DNA of 43,034 bases from an uncultured archaeon (GTDB lineage: Archaea > Aenigmatarchaeota > Aenigmatarchaeia > CAZXUR01): assembly GCA_964644245.1 (NCBI GenBank), contig CAZXUR010000007.1, forward strand, positions 1 through 43,034, in the 5' to 3' direction. The position numbers were made by a program, and so were the translations under genes. Positions 26,420 through 36,556 of this stretch are shown here, piece by piece; positions within the stretch are counted from its first letter, which is position 1; each line of letters opens with the position of its first letter. The notes beneath the pieces are model-generated. The model saw only the letters and a program-made list of their open reading frames with translations, was not told where the DNA came from and did not search any database.

Positions 26420-27555
26420 TTTCTTCCCCCCAGTACTTTCTGATAGACGGAAACGGTGTCTCTGGCTGCGTTCTCCCAGGTGAAATTCTCCACTTCCCTG
26501 CTCCCGTTCTTGGAAAGGCATTTCTTCAGCGGCGGGTATCTGAGGACTGACACTATCTTGTTCGCCATCTCGTCTGTGTCCCAGAAATCGGTCTTTAGAC
26601 AGTGGTCGGTTATCTCCACCACCCCGGACTCCTTGGATACCACGGCCGGAGTTCCTGAAGCCATTGCCTCGAGCACGGTTATGCCGAACGGCTCTGAAAC
26701 CGAGGGGAGAACGTACACGTCACTTATGGAATAGAGTTCGGACAGGTTTTCGTCGGGCACGTATCCGGTGAACATTACGCTGTCAGATAGGTCGTTCTTT
26801 ATGGTATAGTCTATGAGCTCGGGGAGCATGTGTCCGGTCCCCGCCACCACGAACTTTGCCTCCGGCTCTTCCTCCAAAACTTTCTCAGCTGCCTTGAGGA
26901 AGAATTTAGGTCCTTTCTGGAGTGTGAGTCTGGCCAGGTAGAGAACCACCTTCTGGTCCTTGAAGTTATTCCTTTCGAAGAACTCCTTGAACTTTCCTGT
27001 CTCTATCGCGTTGTAGACTACTTCCACTTTGTTTTCAGGAGCCTGGAACTTTTTCACCAGTTGCTTCTTCATCCTCTGGCTGTTGGTCAGGACCAGGTCA
27101 GCCTCTTCCATGCCATCCTTTTCCCGGTCCAGTATGCGCTGGTTGACTCCCAGATTTGCGCCCCGGTCGTACTCAGTGGCGTGGACCATGAAAACCAGGG
27201 GCTTTCCGGTGGCCTTCTTCAGTGCGATACCTGCTCCCACCGTCAACCAGTCGTGGCAGTGTATGAGGTCGAAGCCATCTTCCTCAAACAGCTTCTTTCC
27301 CATCTCTATGCATCTGGAATGGTAGTCATCTATGTCCCGGGTGGAGAAAGACTTTTCCTCTCCGCCCAAATAGGGGTCCAGTTCACTCTTCCCCACTTCC
27401 ACTATGTTTACTCCTGGCACCTCCACCCCGGCTTTTGGTACCATGAGTGTGAGGTCCACTTTCTCAGAAAGAGCCTTAGACAAGTAGTAACAATGGGTTC
27501 CTAAACCTCCCGAAACGTAAGGTGGGAATTCCCAACCTATCATCAAGACCTTCAT
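26416..27555 (-). CDS. GT4 glycosyltransferase (glycogen-cluster type)
   Basis: WEFPPYVSGGLG, HCHDWLT, HATEYDR, QKGP and PSVSEPFGITVLEAM motifs. Confidence 0.93.
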   Translation of the reverse strand: MKVLMIGWEFPPYVSGGLGTHCYYLSKALSEKVDLTLMVPKAGVEVPGVNIVEVGKSELDPYLGGEEKSFSTRDIDDYHSRCIEMGKKLFEEDGFDLIHCHDWLTVGAGIALKKATGKPLVFMVHATEYDRGANLGVNQRILDREKDGMEEADLVLTNSQRMKKQLVKKFQAPENKVEVVYNAIETGKFKEFFERNNFKDQKVVLYLARLTLQKGPKFFLKAAEKVLEEEPEAKFVVAGTGHMLPELIDYTIKNDLSDSVMFTGYVPDENLSELYSISDVYVLPSVSEPFGITVLEAMASGTPAVVSKESGVVEITDHCLKTDFWDTDEMANKIVSVLRYPPLKKCLSKNGSREVENFTWENAARDTVSVYQKVLGGRK

Positions 27556-27560
27556 TTTCT

Positions 27561-27576
27561 ACCTCGTTAACGAGGT
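27561..27576. promoter_or_regulatory. Perfect 16-bp palindrome overlapping the GT4 ribosome-binding site
   Basis: ACCTCGTTAACGAGGT is self-complementary and lies 5 bp upstream of the ATG. Confidence 0.55.
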
Positions 27577-27637
27577 CTGACTATTTACAAAACCTCGACT
27601 TCTGGAAAATAATTGGATTGCTTCGTATATATACTTT

Positions 27638-29389
27638 TTAGTGCAGTTCCACGTGATAACCCTCTTCCTTGCTGATTTTTACCGATAACCACTTTTTGCC
27701 AAGTCTTTTCTTCCTGGTCAGTTCCTTGACTTCCGAAGGCAGTTTTGGTTTGCAAGTCAACTTGCCCTTCTCCACGTCCATCCCCAGCATGTACTCGTCT
27801 ATGGCCCGCACGAACAGAGCAGAGCTCCATGTCTGGAACAGTCCTGGGTTGGGAGAAAGGGAGTCACCGTCCCACGCCTCGTTTATGGCGCCCAGGCAGT
27901 TCTTTTTCAGGTCAGAACTGAGGAACTTCAGGTGCTGCCATCCGATTTCCGGGTCTCCGTAGGCAAATTCACAGCAGGCCGCCCAGCCGGTAGTCAGTCC
28001 CCAGACCATGCCGGTGTGATAACCGTCCGCCTGATATCCGGGGTCCGAAGGACTCCTGGTCCTGACTCCTCCCTGGTTGGTGAACTCGTTCCTGACTTTT
28101 TCAAGCACTTCCTGTTTCTTGTCAGCCACGTCGAGCATCACCGCCACCAGCGGGTTGCATGTCAGTGCGTCTGTCTTCAAATTGTCTCGGTAGTAGTTGG
28201 TCTCCGGATTCCAGTAAGTGTCTTCAAACTCTTTCTTCAACCTTCTGACACCGGCTTTAACCAGTCCCCGGTCCTTGGCCACTTCCAAAGCCCTTATGTT
28301 CAGGGCAGCCACGTCCACGGCTCCCGGCCTGTCTATGGTGTCCATCCAGGTGAAACCTTGTGTGGGCTCTTCCAGTTCTCTCTTTATGACTTCCAACACC
28401 TTTTCTATCCCGTGTTCCCTTTCCAGGAATTGTTTGTCCCTCGAATACTTCAGGTAGTGGTCCAAGGCGAGAATCCACAAAGCATTTGTATCCAAAGCCT
28501 TGAAGTGTGCCTCTCCTTTGAGGTTTATCATCTGGTCTATGATTCCTTCCCTGGATTTGTGGAGGAAGAGCCTTAACACGGTTCGAGCCCGCTTAAAGTC
28601 ACCCATGTCCACCAGTGCAGGCACTGACCACAAGCTGTCTCTGCCCCAGAACTGGAGGAAGTAGGGATATCCGGCTACCAGTCCGCCCAAATCTTCGAAC
28701 GATTTCCAGACCAGGTCCATGTCCTTGCAGCACCACTCAAATTCCTCGGACAACGCGCCCTTCAGAACTCCTTTCTTTGAAGTGGTGTGATGGTTGTTGG
28801 ATGGGGTCTTGCTCCTCAGGAAGCCGCTGAACTTCAGTCTTGCCTTCCTTCCCTTGAGCAGTACTTTCCCGGGCAGGAAAGCCCGCTGTACGTCCTTGTA
28901 ATGTTCCTTGTAGTGGGGGTCTCTCTGGAACATGTAGTTCTTGGCGCTGAAGACCAGTTTACCTGCCTCAGAGGAAATCTCCAGGTCCTTCTTGTTGACC
29001 ACTTGATAGGTCCTCCGGTGATAGTCCTCTGACACATCCTTTATGTTCACCGCCATTTCCACTTCCAAGTCTACGTCCTTGTCTGCTTTCATGTCCACAA
29101 ACAGGTTTCTGCCTTTTAGGTAAACGGTTTCCCTTACCTTCAGACCTCCACAGTCGTACTCAGCCATGCACTTGTCCCCGTCGTAGGTCACCTTTCTGGG
29201 ATTCGGCAGCCATTTCCCGTTGACTTTAAGAGCAAAATAGTCAAGGAACTTCTGGTCGTAGACCCAGAAACCGCACCACTTGGTCTTGAACCCACCGTCA
29301 CAGAATCGATGGAAATGCGCGACTTCATCCGCCAGAAAGTAGCTGTGTTTGTCCAGGTTCTGTTCGACTTCTATAAACTCCATAAACAT
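27638..29389 (-). CDS. Amylo-alpha-1,6-glucosidase / glycogen debranching enzyme
   Basis: AGYPYFLQFWGRD, TWMD, GVRTRS, YHTGMVW and QTWS motifs. Confidence 0.88.
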   Translation of the reverse strand: MFMEFIEVEQNLDKHSYFLADEVAHFHRFCDGGFKTKWCGFWVYDQKFLDYFALKVNGKWLPNPRKVTYDGDKCMAEYDCGGLKVRETVYLKGRNLFVDMKADKDVDLEVEMAVNIKDVSEDYHRRTYQVVNKKDLEISSEAGKLVFSAKNYMFQRDPHYKEHYKDVQRAFLPGKVLLKGRKARLKFSGFLRSKTPSNNHHTTSKKGVLKGALSEEFEWCCKDMDLVWKSFEDLGGLVAGYPYFLQFWGRDSLWSVPALVDMGDFKRARTVLRLFLHKSREGIIDQMINLKGEAHFKALDTNALWILALDHYLKYSRDKQFLEREHGIEKVLEVIKRELEEPTQGFTWMDTIDRPGAVDVAALNIRALEVAKDRGLVKAGVRRLKKEFEDTYWNPETNYYRDNLKTDALTCNPLVAVMLDVADKKQEVLEKVRNEFTNQGGVRTRSPSDPGYQADGYHTGMVWGLTTGWAACCEFAYGDPEIGWQHLKFLSSDLKKNCLGAINEAWDGDSLSPNPGLFQTWSSALFVRAIDEYMLGMDVEKGKLTCKPKLPSEVKELTRKKRLGKKWLSVKISKEEGYHVELH

Positions 29390-29414
29390 AGTTGGTACTG
29401 GGATAAATAAGTTT

Positions 29415-31763
29415 TCAGTTCCTCTTTCCCACGATTTCAGACTTGATTTTGTTCAGGGAAGATACCAGCAGTACCCTGCTTTCATTTTTCTGCGGAGGTC
29501 TGAACTTGTAACGGAACTTCCCGCTGAGTTTGCCCCTTCTTTTGAGTTCTATCAGTGCAATTACTGCTAACAGTGCTACAACCAGTGCGACGTTTGCCAT
29601 GTCGAAGGCAAAGAACCCACCGGTTCCTGTTGGCTGGTCTTCCATATATGGCAGGTTCAGAGTAAGGGCTTGGCTAGCAGATGTCTGCTGTCCGTCAGCC
29701 CTGATATTGACTGTGTATTCTGACTTGCAGTCATATTCCTCACAATAACCGTCTGGTATTTCAAAGTTCAGGGTCACATCCATCCTTTCACCCTCCAGGA
29801 GTTGACCTATCTGGTCCTTGTTGAGGGAGTACCATTGGGAGTCGATTCCTTCCAAGGACAATATCACATCGTACAAGTCCACGCCACCTGTGTTCATGAC
29901 CTTGAAAGTGAGGGTTTTTGACTGGTCTAAAGGCAGTTCAAAGTAGTCGGCTACTGATATCTCCAGTCCTCTCGTCCTTTTCACTTCTCTGGAAAGCGTG
30001 GTTTGGGTGGAGGTGTAAGGCGCCTTTTCAATATCTATCCCTACTTTAAATTCTCCAATATCGTCCGGAGCGTTCAGGTCTATATTAAAGGAGCCCGAGT
30101 CGTCTGTGGTAGCGGAGCCGTTTTCACTGGTTTTCTCTAGTTCATATTCTATGTTAACCCCTCCAACTTCCTTCCCGCTGGAGTCGATTACTCTACCGGT
30201 TATGGACATTCTCTCTCCGGGCTTGTAGATGTCCTTGTCAAAGGACGCTTCCAGTACTAGAGATTCCGGTTCGGTTACCACAAAACCGGACAGTCGTTCA
30301 GCAGTGAAAATCACTATATTCCTGACGGTGTTGATTTCTATATCCAGTTCCTCCCATTCTCCGAGGCAGGTTCTCCTGCCAAAGTTCCAGTCATGGCATG
30401 CCAGCAGGGATATCTCCTCTTCGTTCATCACCTTTGAGTCTGAATAAGGAAGTTCCATATAGGCATGGTCAAACTCCATGCCCAGTTCCAGAGCCACCAT
30501 CTTTGCCACTGTCAAGCCATCTACCTGGTTGTTCGAAGAGTAGTCATACCTTATTGGATCATACACAGGTCCCATGAAGGAATCTCCCGAAGACAGGTTG
30601 ATGCCTATTATTTTGGCCCTCAATTCCGGCAGGTTCAATTCCAAGTCATACGTACCAGGAGTCATGGTCATTGAATAGTTACCCGCTTCGTCCGTGATGC
30701 TGGTCTCCTCTATTCCCTTTCCTTTGAGTTTCATCTCAGCGCCGCTTATGGGAGTACCGCTGGCATCTATGAGGAATCCCTCGAATTTGGTGAGGAATTG
30801 TATGGGCAACGAGTTCTGGCTTTTGACCAGGTTGCCTTTGTAGTCCACGTATATGTTCAGGTCATAAACTTCTTTCCTGGGTGTGAACTCAGGAACGTTT
30901 ACCAACAGGCTCCAGTTGGACGGAGAGTACTTTATCTCCTTGATTAGCAGTTCCTGGTCTCCCAGTTTTGCTATGAATCCTCTCACGTCCATCCTGCTTA
31001 TATGTTGTGATTTATAATTGACCGTAAGTGTCAATGGCACATCCCTGCTCTCGGAAAGACGGTAAGGATAGAGTGACAAGGGTTCGACTATCCTGACTTC
31101 TGCTGCAGACCTGACCTCTATTGCGTTGTAGATGACTTCTGTCATGGTGTGGTCTTTATAACTTCCTTCAATGGTCAGGTCGTAGGTGCCCATAGACGCA
31201 TACTCGGGTATTCTTGCACTTATCTCCCACATGTTGGTTTGTGAGTTGAAGACCGGTATGTCTCCTGACTTGGAGTTGAATATGACCGTGTTTCCCAGTT
31301 TCAGCTTGAAATCCGCGTTGTTTATTGGGGTATTATCCCTGGAAAAGTTCAAAGTCACCTTGAGGTCTTCTCCCGGATAGGTCACCTTTAGGTCGTTCTT
31401 CTGGGGCGAAACCGGTTCCAAAGACAGGCTGTAAAGAGTTATGCCCTCAGTGTATGTGTTGAGGCCTCCATTCTCACAGGTCACATTTATTTTGTATTTC
31501 CCTCCCTCAATAGTGTTAAGCAAGAGGCTCGGATAGAACGAAGCCGTCCAGTCCTGGTCATAGCTGAAAGGTGGGAGATTGGCGATCATCGGACCAGAAA
31601 ATTTACCATAAACATTCGAGCCAGAATCGCAGCTAGAGGTGACTGTGACCACCTCCTCAATCCATGCCTCTCCTGATGGGGTGACTGTTATGTCTGCTGC
31701 AAATGCAGCACTAGACAAAAGGATTAGACCTAGTATTGCAATCAGGAGTGACTCAAGCCTCAT
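29415..31763 (-). CDS. Large secreted Ig-like multidomain surface protein with C-terminal TM anchor
   Basis: Signal peptide, beta-sandwich repeats (TDEAGNY...PGTYDL; TTDDSGSF), C-terminal TM and basic tail. Confidence 0.8.
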   Translation of the reverse strand: MRLESLLIAILGLILLSSAAFAADITVTPSGEAWIEEVVTVTSSCDSGSNVYGKFSGPMIANLPPFSYDQDWTASFYPSLLLNTIEGGKYKINVTCENGGLNTYTEGITLYSLSLEPVSPQKNDLKVTYPGEDLKVTLNFSRDNTPINNADFKLKLGNTVIFNSKSGDIPVFNSQTNMWEISARIPEYASMGTYDLTIEGSYKDHTMTEVIYNAIEVRSAAEVRIVEPLSLYPYRLSESRDVPLTLTVNYKSQHISRMDVRGFIAKLGDQELLIKEIKYSPSNWSLLVNVPEFTPRKEVYDLNIYVDYKGNLVKSQNSLPIQFLTKFEGFLIDASGTPISGAEMKLKGKGIEETSITDEAGNYSMTMTPGTYDLELNLPELRAKIIGINLSSGDSFMGPVYDPIRYDYSSNNQVDGLTVAKMVALELGMEFDHAYMELPYSDSKVMNEEEISLLACHDWNFGRRTCLGEWEELDIEINTVRNIVIFTAERLSGFVVTEPESLVLEASFDKDIYKPGERMSITGRVIDSSGKEVGGVNIEYELEKTSENGSATTDDSGSFNIDLNAPDDIGEFKVGIDIEKAPYTSTQTTLSREVKRTRGLEISVADYFELPLDQSKTLTFKVMNTGGVDLYDVILSLEGIDSQWYSLNKDQIGQLLEGERMDVTLNFEIPDGYCEEYDCKSEYTVNIRADGQQTSASQALTLNLPYMEDQPTGTGGFFAFDMANVALVVALLAVIALIELKRRGKLSGKFRYKFRPPQKNESRVLLVSSLNKIKSEIVGKRN

Positions 31764-32520
31764 ACTTAACACCTGGTATAAAATTCATCAATCTTTTGAA
31801 AAATAGTAGCTTGGGCGGCTTGTATTGTTTATCCAACAGCTTTGATGCCAGTTTCCTGATTTCCACAGACGATGGAGAGATCGGGTCATATGTGAGGAGC
31901 GGCTGTGTCTCGAACAGACTCTTCTTCACGTTTATGTCTTCCGGGACCTTTGCCAGTACTGGCGCCTCACACATGATTTCCACCTCCGAAGGGGTCAATT
32001 CGTACTTCTTGCCCTCCACGCGGTTCAGGACGATTCCCACTACATCCTTCCCTATGTCCTTCGCAATCTTTATCAGTTTCAGCACGTTGGTTATGGTCGG
32101 TATCTCAGGGTTGGCGACTATCAGCACTTCGTCACATGCTCTCATGACAGATAAAGCGTCTTCACACATGCCGGGAGGGGAATCTACTATTATTGTGCCT
32201 CTCATGCTCCTCAGTATCCTTTTCAGGCCTTTGTTGTCTATGAGTACTTCCTCGTAGGATATGGATGAAGGCATCAACTTCAGGCCCGAGTCAAGTTCAT
32301 AAACCGCTTCTTTGGGCTTAACCTTCCCTTCCAGCACGTCCTGTATTTCGTTTTCAAAGCTGTATTGACCCAGACGTAGGCCCACGTTGGCTGCAGTGGT
32401 GTCTGCGTCTATTAGAGTGACTTCCTTGTTCATCTGCCTCAGTGACAGGGCCAGGTTAGTGGCTACCATGGTCTTCCCAGTTCCTCCCTTTCCGCTCACG
32501 ATTCCTATCACTCTGCTCAT
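31753..32520 (-). CDS. minD: MinD/ParA-family ATPase (archaeal MinD-like)
   Basis: Deviant Walker A SGKGGTGKT, IDAD, DSPPG, GIVLNR and VPED motifs; C-terminal amphipathic FFKRLMNF. Confidence 0.88.
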   Translation of the reverse strand: MSRVIGIVSGKGGTGKTMVATNLALSLRQMNKEVTLIDADTTAANVGLRLGQYSFENEIQDVLEGKVKPKEAVYELDSGLKLMPSSISYEEVLIDNKGLKRILRSMRGTIIVDSPPGMCEDALSVMRACDEVLIVANPEIPTITNVLKLIKIAKDIGKDVVGIVLNRVEGKKYELTPSEVEIMCEAPVLAKVPEDINVKKSLFETQPLLTYDPISPSSVEIRKLASKLLDKQYKPPKLLFFKRLMNFIPGVKYEA

Positions 32521-32738
32521 TTCTTCAACCACCACATTTTCTTTTTTGCTCCTATCTTGGACTCTTTCACGGAACTCTCGATTTTTCGCATGTATTTCAA
32601 CTTCATGCAGTGTACGTTGACCGTAGCCCAGGATATTCCCGCCTTCTTAGCGATTTTGTAAGTAGAAAGAGGCTCGTCACTCTTCTTCAAAATATCTATA
32701 ATGAGCTTGTCAGCTTTCGAAAGGTCCTTTTCAGCCAT
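32517..32738 (-). CDS. Small winged-helix DNA-binding protein
   Basis: IIDILKKSDEPLSTYKIAKKAGISWATVNVHCMKL HTH pattern; ATGA overlap with minD. Confidence 0.85.
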   Translation of the reverse strand: MAEKDLSKADKLIIDILKKSDEPLSTYKIAKKAGISWATVNVHCMKLKYMRKIESSVKESKIGAKKKMWWLKK

Positions 32739-32826
32739 TCACTCGCCTAAACCTATTCCTAGTTTGTTCGAGCTTATATAAATATGTTTCTACTTTAGTA
32801 TATATAGGTATTTTTATAATAATATA

Positions 32827-32987
32827 TAAACCTCTCAATATCTCAATTAGATTATCTCTCCCTATATCCCTTTCCGGACTTTTCCCAATTTCTGCTAATT
32901 CCAAATTTCCATACATCTAAACATATTTATATCTGATAGTATTTATATGTTTTTGTCTTTTTATCTAAACATCTCAATATCTCAATT
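32827..32987. repeat. Pair of 22-bp direct repeats in a divergent intergenic region
   Basis: TAAAC(C/A)TCTCAATATCTCAATT at 32827..32848 and 32966..32987. Confidence 0.8.
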
Positions 32988-33117
32988 TAAGTTCGAGACA
33001 CATTGTCAGAAAGGGAAAACATACTCTCCTGTGACAAAAACTTTATATATGGGTCTTGAGATAGAACTATAGAGAACCGAGAAGTGGGATGTGATACGGG
33101 GGATCATTGGTGAAAGA

Positions 33118-34065
33118 ATGGACGTATCACAAGCTTTAAGAGTTATTTTGGGAGTATTACTTTTGGTGATGTCTCTCGGATATGCAACGGAAGACACTTC
33201 CCAGCATTACGAGAACGTGACCATGACGGTTTCTGTGAGTAATCAGGCTCCCTACGTATCTGATGTTACGTTGGAAGAATGGGACAGCTCTGCCTCTGAC
33301 CAGATAGACCTCAGTGCGGCCACCACCAAAAAAGTCTGGTGTAACGCCACCATAAACGATGAGAGTGGTTACGGCGACATAGACACCAGCACTCTGAACG
33401 TAACTATATGGCACAACACTAACAACAGTGGTTCCAACGACAACAACAACCACTATGAGAATGGTTCTGCTTCAGAGTCGGCAGACGCCTGTGACTGGAC
33501 AGAGGGCATAAACTCCACTAGTTCTGAAATTGCCTGCGCTTTTGATGTGCAATACTACGCAGACTCCGGGACTTGGACGTGCACCGTCAACATCAAGGAT
33601 TCAACCGGGCCGGTGGGCACCAACGAAACTGACACGGCCACTGTGAATACTTTTCTTGGTATACATGTCTACAACGACACGCTTGATTTCGGAACTGTCC
33701 AACTTGGACAGAACTCGACCACTCCTCTTTACACCACCGTCCAAAACACCTGCAACCAGGTCATAGATTTGAAAATTTGGGAAGCCAATTGGTCTGGAAA
33801 CTTGACATGCGACGGTTCAGGGTCAAAAAATATATCCACCCAGAACTATCTTTCCTACAACTTCACCGAACAGGACCCATCTCTCGAAACCTCATCCCAT
33901 CTCCAGCCTTCGGGTTCTGCCCCCCAGGACGAAGTTGGTTTGAACTGGGTACAGAGTGACGGCACTAACAGCACTAACAACACTTATTGGAAACTGATGG
34001 TGCCGCGGGTCGGTGTTTCTGGGACATGTGTGGGAATCATACAGTACCAGGCCATGGCTACATAA
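33118..34065 (+). CDS. Secreted surface protein; stand-alone form of the C-terminal domain of the 1486-aa protein
   Basis: GGTGA RBS before ATG 33118, signal peptide, many N-x-S/T sequons; shares VWCNAT, YYAD.G.WTC, DFG..LG and YWK motifs with 36959..37745. Confidence 0.85.
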   Translation: MDVSQALRVILGVLLLVMSLGYATEDTSQHYENVTMTVSVSNQAPYVSDVTLEEWDSSASDQIDLSAATTKKVWCNATINDESGYGDIDTSTLNVTIWHNTNNSGSNDNNNHYENGSASESADACDWTEGINSTSSEIACAFDVQYYADSGTWTCTVNIKDSTGPVGTNETDTATVNTFLGIHVYNDTLDFGTVQLGQNSTTPLYTTVQNTCNQVIDLKIWEANWSGNLTCDGSGSKNISTQNYLSYNFTEQDPSLETSSHLQPSGSAPQDEVGLNWVQSDGTNSTNNTYWKLMVPRVGVSGTCVGIIQYQAMAT

Positions 34066-34126
34066 GCGGATTTCTGGTCTACCTCATTTAGTAAAAGAAT
34101 AAATATTATGGCACATATGTAAGTAT

Positions 34127-35305
34127 ATGTTGAAGAAAACTTTGCTGGTTTTTACCTTCCTGATTCTCACTTCTAATTGTGCGATGGCTGCCGGAATGGG
34201 AGTGGTACCCGGAGTGGTGAGGTTCAAGGACGTCCTGTTCGGGGGCTATGCGGAGAGAAATATAAAGATAACCAACCCAGACCCTTATCCGGCCAAGATA
34301 GAACTGGAACCTCTGGGCGAGTGTTCTGAATGGATTTCTTTCATTCCTGGTACCGAGTTCACCATACCCGCAGGCTCCACTAAGACCGCAACGGTCGTAA
34401 TCCAACCCCCTGCCTACCTCCAGACCGGAGACTACGAGGGAGAGATATCAGTTACTTCCACCCCCCAAAGGCCGGAAGACCTGACTGGCTCTTTTGGAGT
34501 ACTGATAAGGAGCGGTGCTTCTCTTAGAGTAGAGTTAGGCGTGACTTCCAGAGAGATAATCAACTACGTGGGCGAAGCGTCTATCAGGGACACTGAGGTG
34601 GACCTCCCGGTGGAAGTCACCCTGTCAGGTACTAACTACGGTAATGTGCGTGTGAGACCGCTTCTAGTACTGGAAATCATGGACCGTGATAAGTCTCAGA
34701 TACTCCAAAAACTAGAATTCCGGGGAAATATAGTGATGCCGACCACTGACAAGCAAGACGTTTTCACATTTTCCTCTGAGAATCTTTCCGAAGGTCAGTA
34801 CTGGGCGAATGCCACAATCTACGTGAACGACCAGGTGGTGTCCCGTCAGATACACACTTTTGATGTGATGCCTAAGGGTGCTCTGTCTGTAAAGGGAGAG
34901 TTGGTAAGGATATCGAACCCGGTGTGGGCCTATGTGGGTGACTTAGTGCGTATAGACCCCTTGTTCAAGAACAACGGCCAGACGTTTGTGACCGGAAAAT
35001 TCAAGGGAGAGGTCTATCTGGAGGACAGGTTGATAGATTTGCTCGAATCAGAAGAGTACGAAGTACCGGTGGACGGGGAAGTGAATATGACAGTGTACTT
35101 TGAACCCCAGAACTCCGGCAGGCACGTAATCAAGGGGAAAGTATATTACTCCAAAAAGGTGACTTACACCAGAGAATCCATATTAAATGTCAATCCGGCT
35201 GAGGAGCGCCCTTACGCCTTCTTCTTTGACAACCTGGCATGGTTCGTGGTCCTGGCAGTGGTGTTGCTTGTATTCTTCTTCAGAAAAAGCCTGTACAGGA
35301 GTTAA
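34127..35305 (+). CDS. Secreted Ig-fold protein with C-terminal TM anchor (paralog 1)
   Basis: Signal peptide, then GMGVVP...DVLFGGYAER, NYGNV and GQYWA; C-terminal TM. Confidence 0.85.
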   Translation: MLKKTLLVFTFLILTSNCAMAAGMGVVPGVVRFKDVLFGGYAERNIKITNPDPYPAKIELEPLGECSEWISFIPGTEFTIPAGSTKTATVVIQPPAYLQTGDYEGEISVTSTPQRPEDLTGSFGVLIRSGASLRVELGVTSREIINYVGEASIRDTEVDLPVEVTLSGTNYGNVRVRPLLVLEIMDRDKSQILQKLEFRGNIVMPTTDKQDVFTFSSENLSEGQYWANATIYVNDQVVSRQIHTFDVMPKGALSVKGELVRISNPVWAYVGDLVRIDPLFKNNGQTFVTGKFKGEVYLEDRLIDLLESEEYEVPVDGEVNMTVYFEPQNSGRHVIKGKVYYSKKVTYTRESILNVNPAEERPYAFFFDNLAWFVVLAVVLLVFFFRKSLYRS

Positions 35306-35348
35306 CACAACAATATATATTATAAGGTTTAATTTTATTGGAATGTGA

Positions 35349-36545
35349 ATGAGGTTATTGCCCTTTGCTGTTACATCCATTCTTTGTTTACTCTTCCTTA
35401 TCCCTTTATCTCTAGCTTCAGGCATAGGCGTCTCCCCTTCGGAGGTCGTTTACAGTGATGTCCTGTTCGGAGGATATGCAGAACGTCTAGTGACCGTCTA
35501 CAACCCGGACGAACATTCCATGTCTTACGGGATCAGCGTTGAGGGTCAAGTGTCCGAATGGATGTCCTTCGACCCCGGCATAACCTTTTCAGTACCACCC
35601 CAGGGTTCCTTGCAACTGCTGTTCATGATATACCCACCGGATGACATCACTACCGGTACCTATACTGGTACAGCTACCATATCATCTCTGGAAACCGCCC
35701 AGCCGAAGGAGGGTCACGGCATGGGTATAAAGGCAGGGGCCAAAATACCCATATCTATATCAGTTACTGGTCAGGAGAGTACTGACTACGAGGTTTTTCC
35801 AGTCACCAGTGACTTCATGAGTGGGGGAAGTTCTTCTGGTTCCGACTTCGACTTCAAGTTCGACATCATAAACAAAGGCAATGTGGAGGTGGTGCCTCAT
35901 GTTCATGTGGATGTCTGGAACAGGGACCAGACCAGGATTCTGAAATCCATGGATTTTCAGGGTGAAGACATAATGCCCACCAAACATGAAACACAGGAAT
36001 TTAAACTCCTCACTCAGAATCTGGACCCCGGACAGTACTGGGCAGACATAACGGTTACCATCGACGGGAAGGTAGTCCGTCAGGATTTACTGACTTTTGA
36101 TGTTTTCAGTGGTGAAGAGATGCCTGTGGGTGAGGTTATTGGTGTTTTACACAAACCATGGGTCAGGCCCGGTGAGGTCATGAGGGTTGATTTCGTGTTT
36201 GAGAATAAAGGTCTCAAGACCACCACTGCTGTCTTTAGAGGCAACGTGTATGCGAATGAGGTGGATGTGGGCATTGTGGAAAGCGAAGAAGTGACCGTTT
36301 ACCCTGGTGAATCGACAAATCTTACGGTGTTCTACAAGCCGCAGGAAAAGGGACAATACGTGATAAGAGGGAAGGCATATTATTCGGATAAAATCACATA
36401 TCCCGTGGATGCGGTGATAAATGCGGGAGAGGTTCAAGAGACTCCTGAGGCAACCGGCCTGTTCGTCGACCCCACAAATTTCTGGGCCATCCTCGCGGTA
36501 ATAATCCTAATCGTCTATCTAGCCTACAGGTACAAGACCAGATGA
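35349..36545 (+). CDS. Secreted Ig-fold protein with C-terminal TM anchor (paralog 2)
   Basis: GIGVSP...DVLFGGYAER, NKGNV and GQYWA; full-length similarity to the upstream gene. Confidence 0.85.
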   Translation: MRLLPFAVTSILCLLFLIPLSLASGIGVSPSEVVYSDVLFGGYAERLVTVYNPDEHSMSYGISVEGQVSEWMSFDPGITFSVPPQGSLQLLFMIYPPDDITTGTYTGTATISSLETAQPKEGHGMGIKAGAKIPISISVTGQESTDYEVFPVTSDFMSGGSSSGSDFDFKFDIINKGNVEVVPHVHVDVWNRDQTRILKSMDFQGEDIMPTKHETQEFKLLTQNLDPGQYWADITVTIDGKVVRQDLLTFDVFSGEEMPVGEVIGVLHKPWVRPGEVMRVDFVFENKGLKTTTAVFRGNVYANEVDVGIVESEEVTVYPGESTNLTVFYKPQEKGQYVIRGKAYYSDKITYPVDAVINAGEVQETPEATGLFVDPTNFWAILAVIILIVYLAYRYKTR

Positions 36546-36556
36546 ATGGTCCTGTC

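Noticed and set aside
32731-32916. 61-aa ORF in the wHTH/surface gene spacer
   Set aside because: It overlaps promoter-like AT tracts and the repeat array and has no recognisable features.
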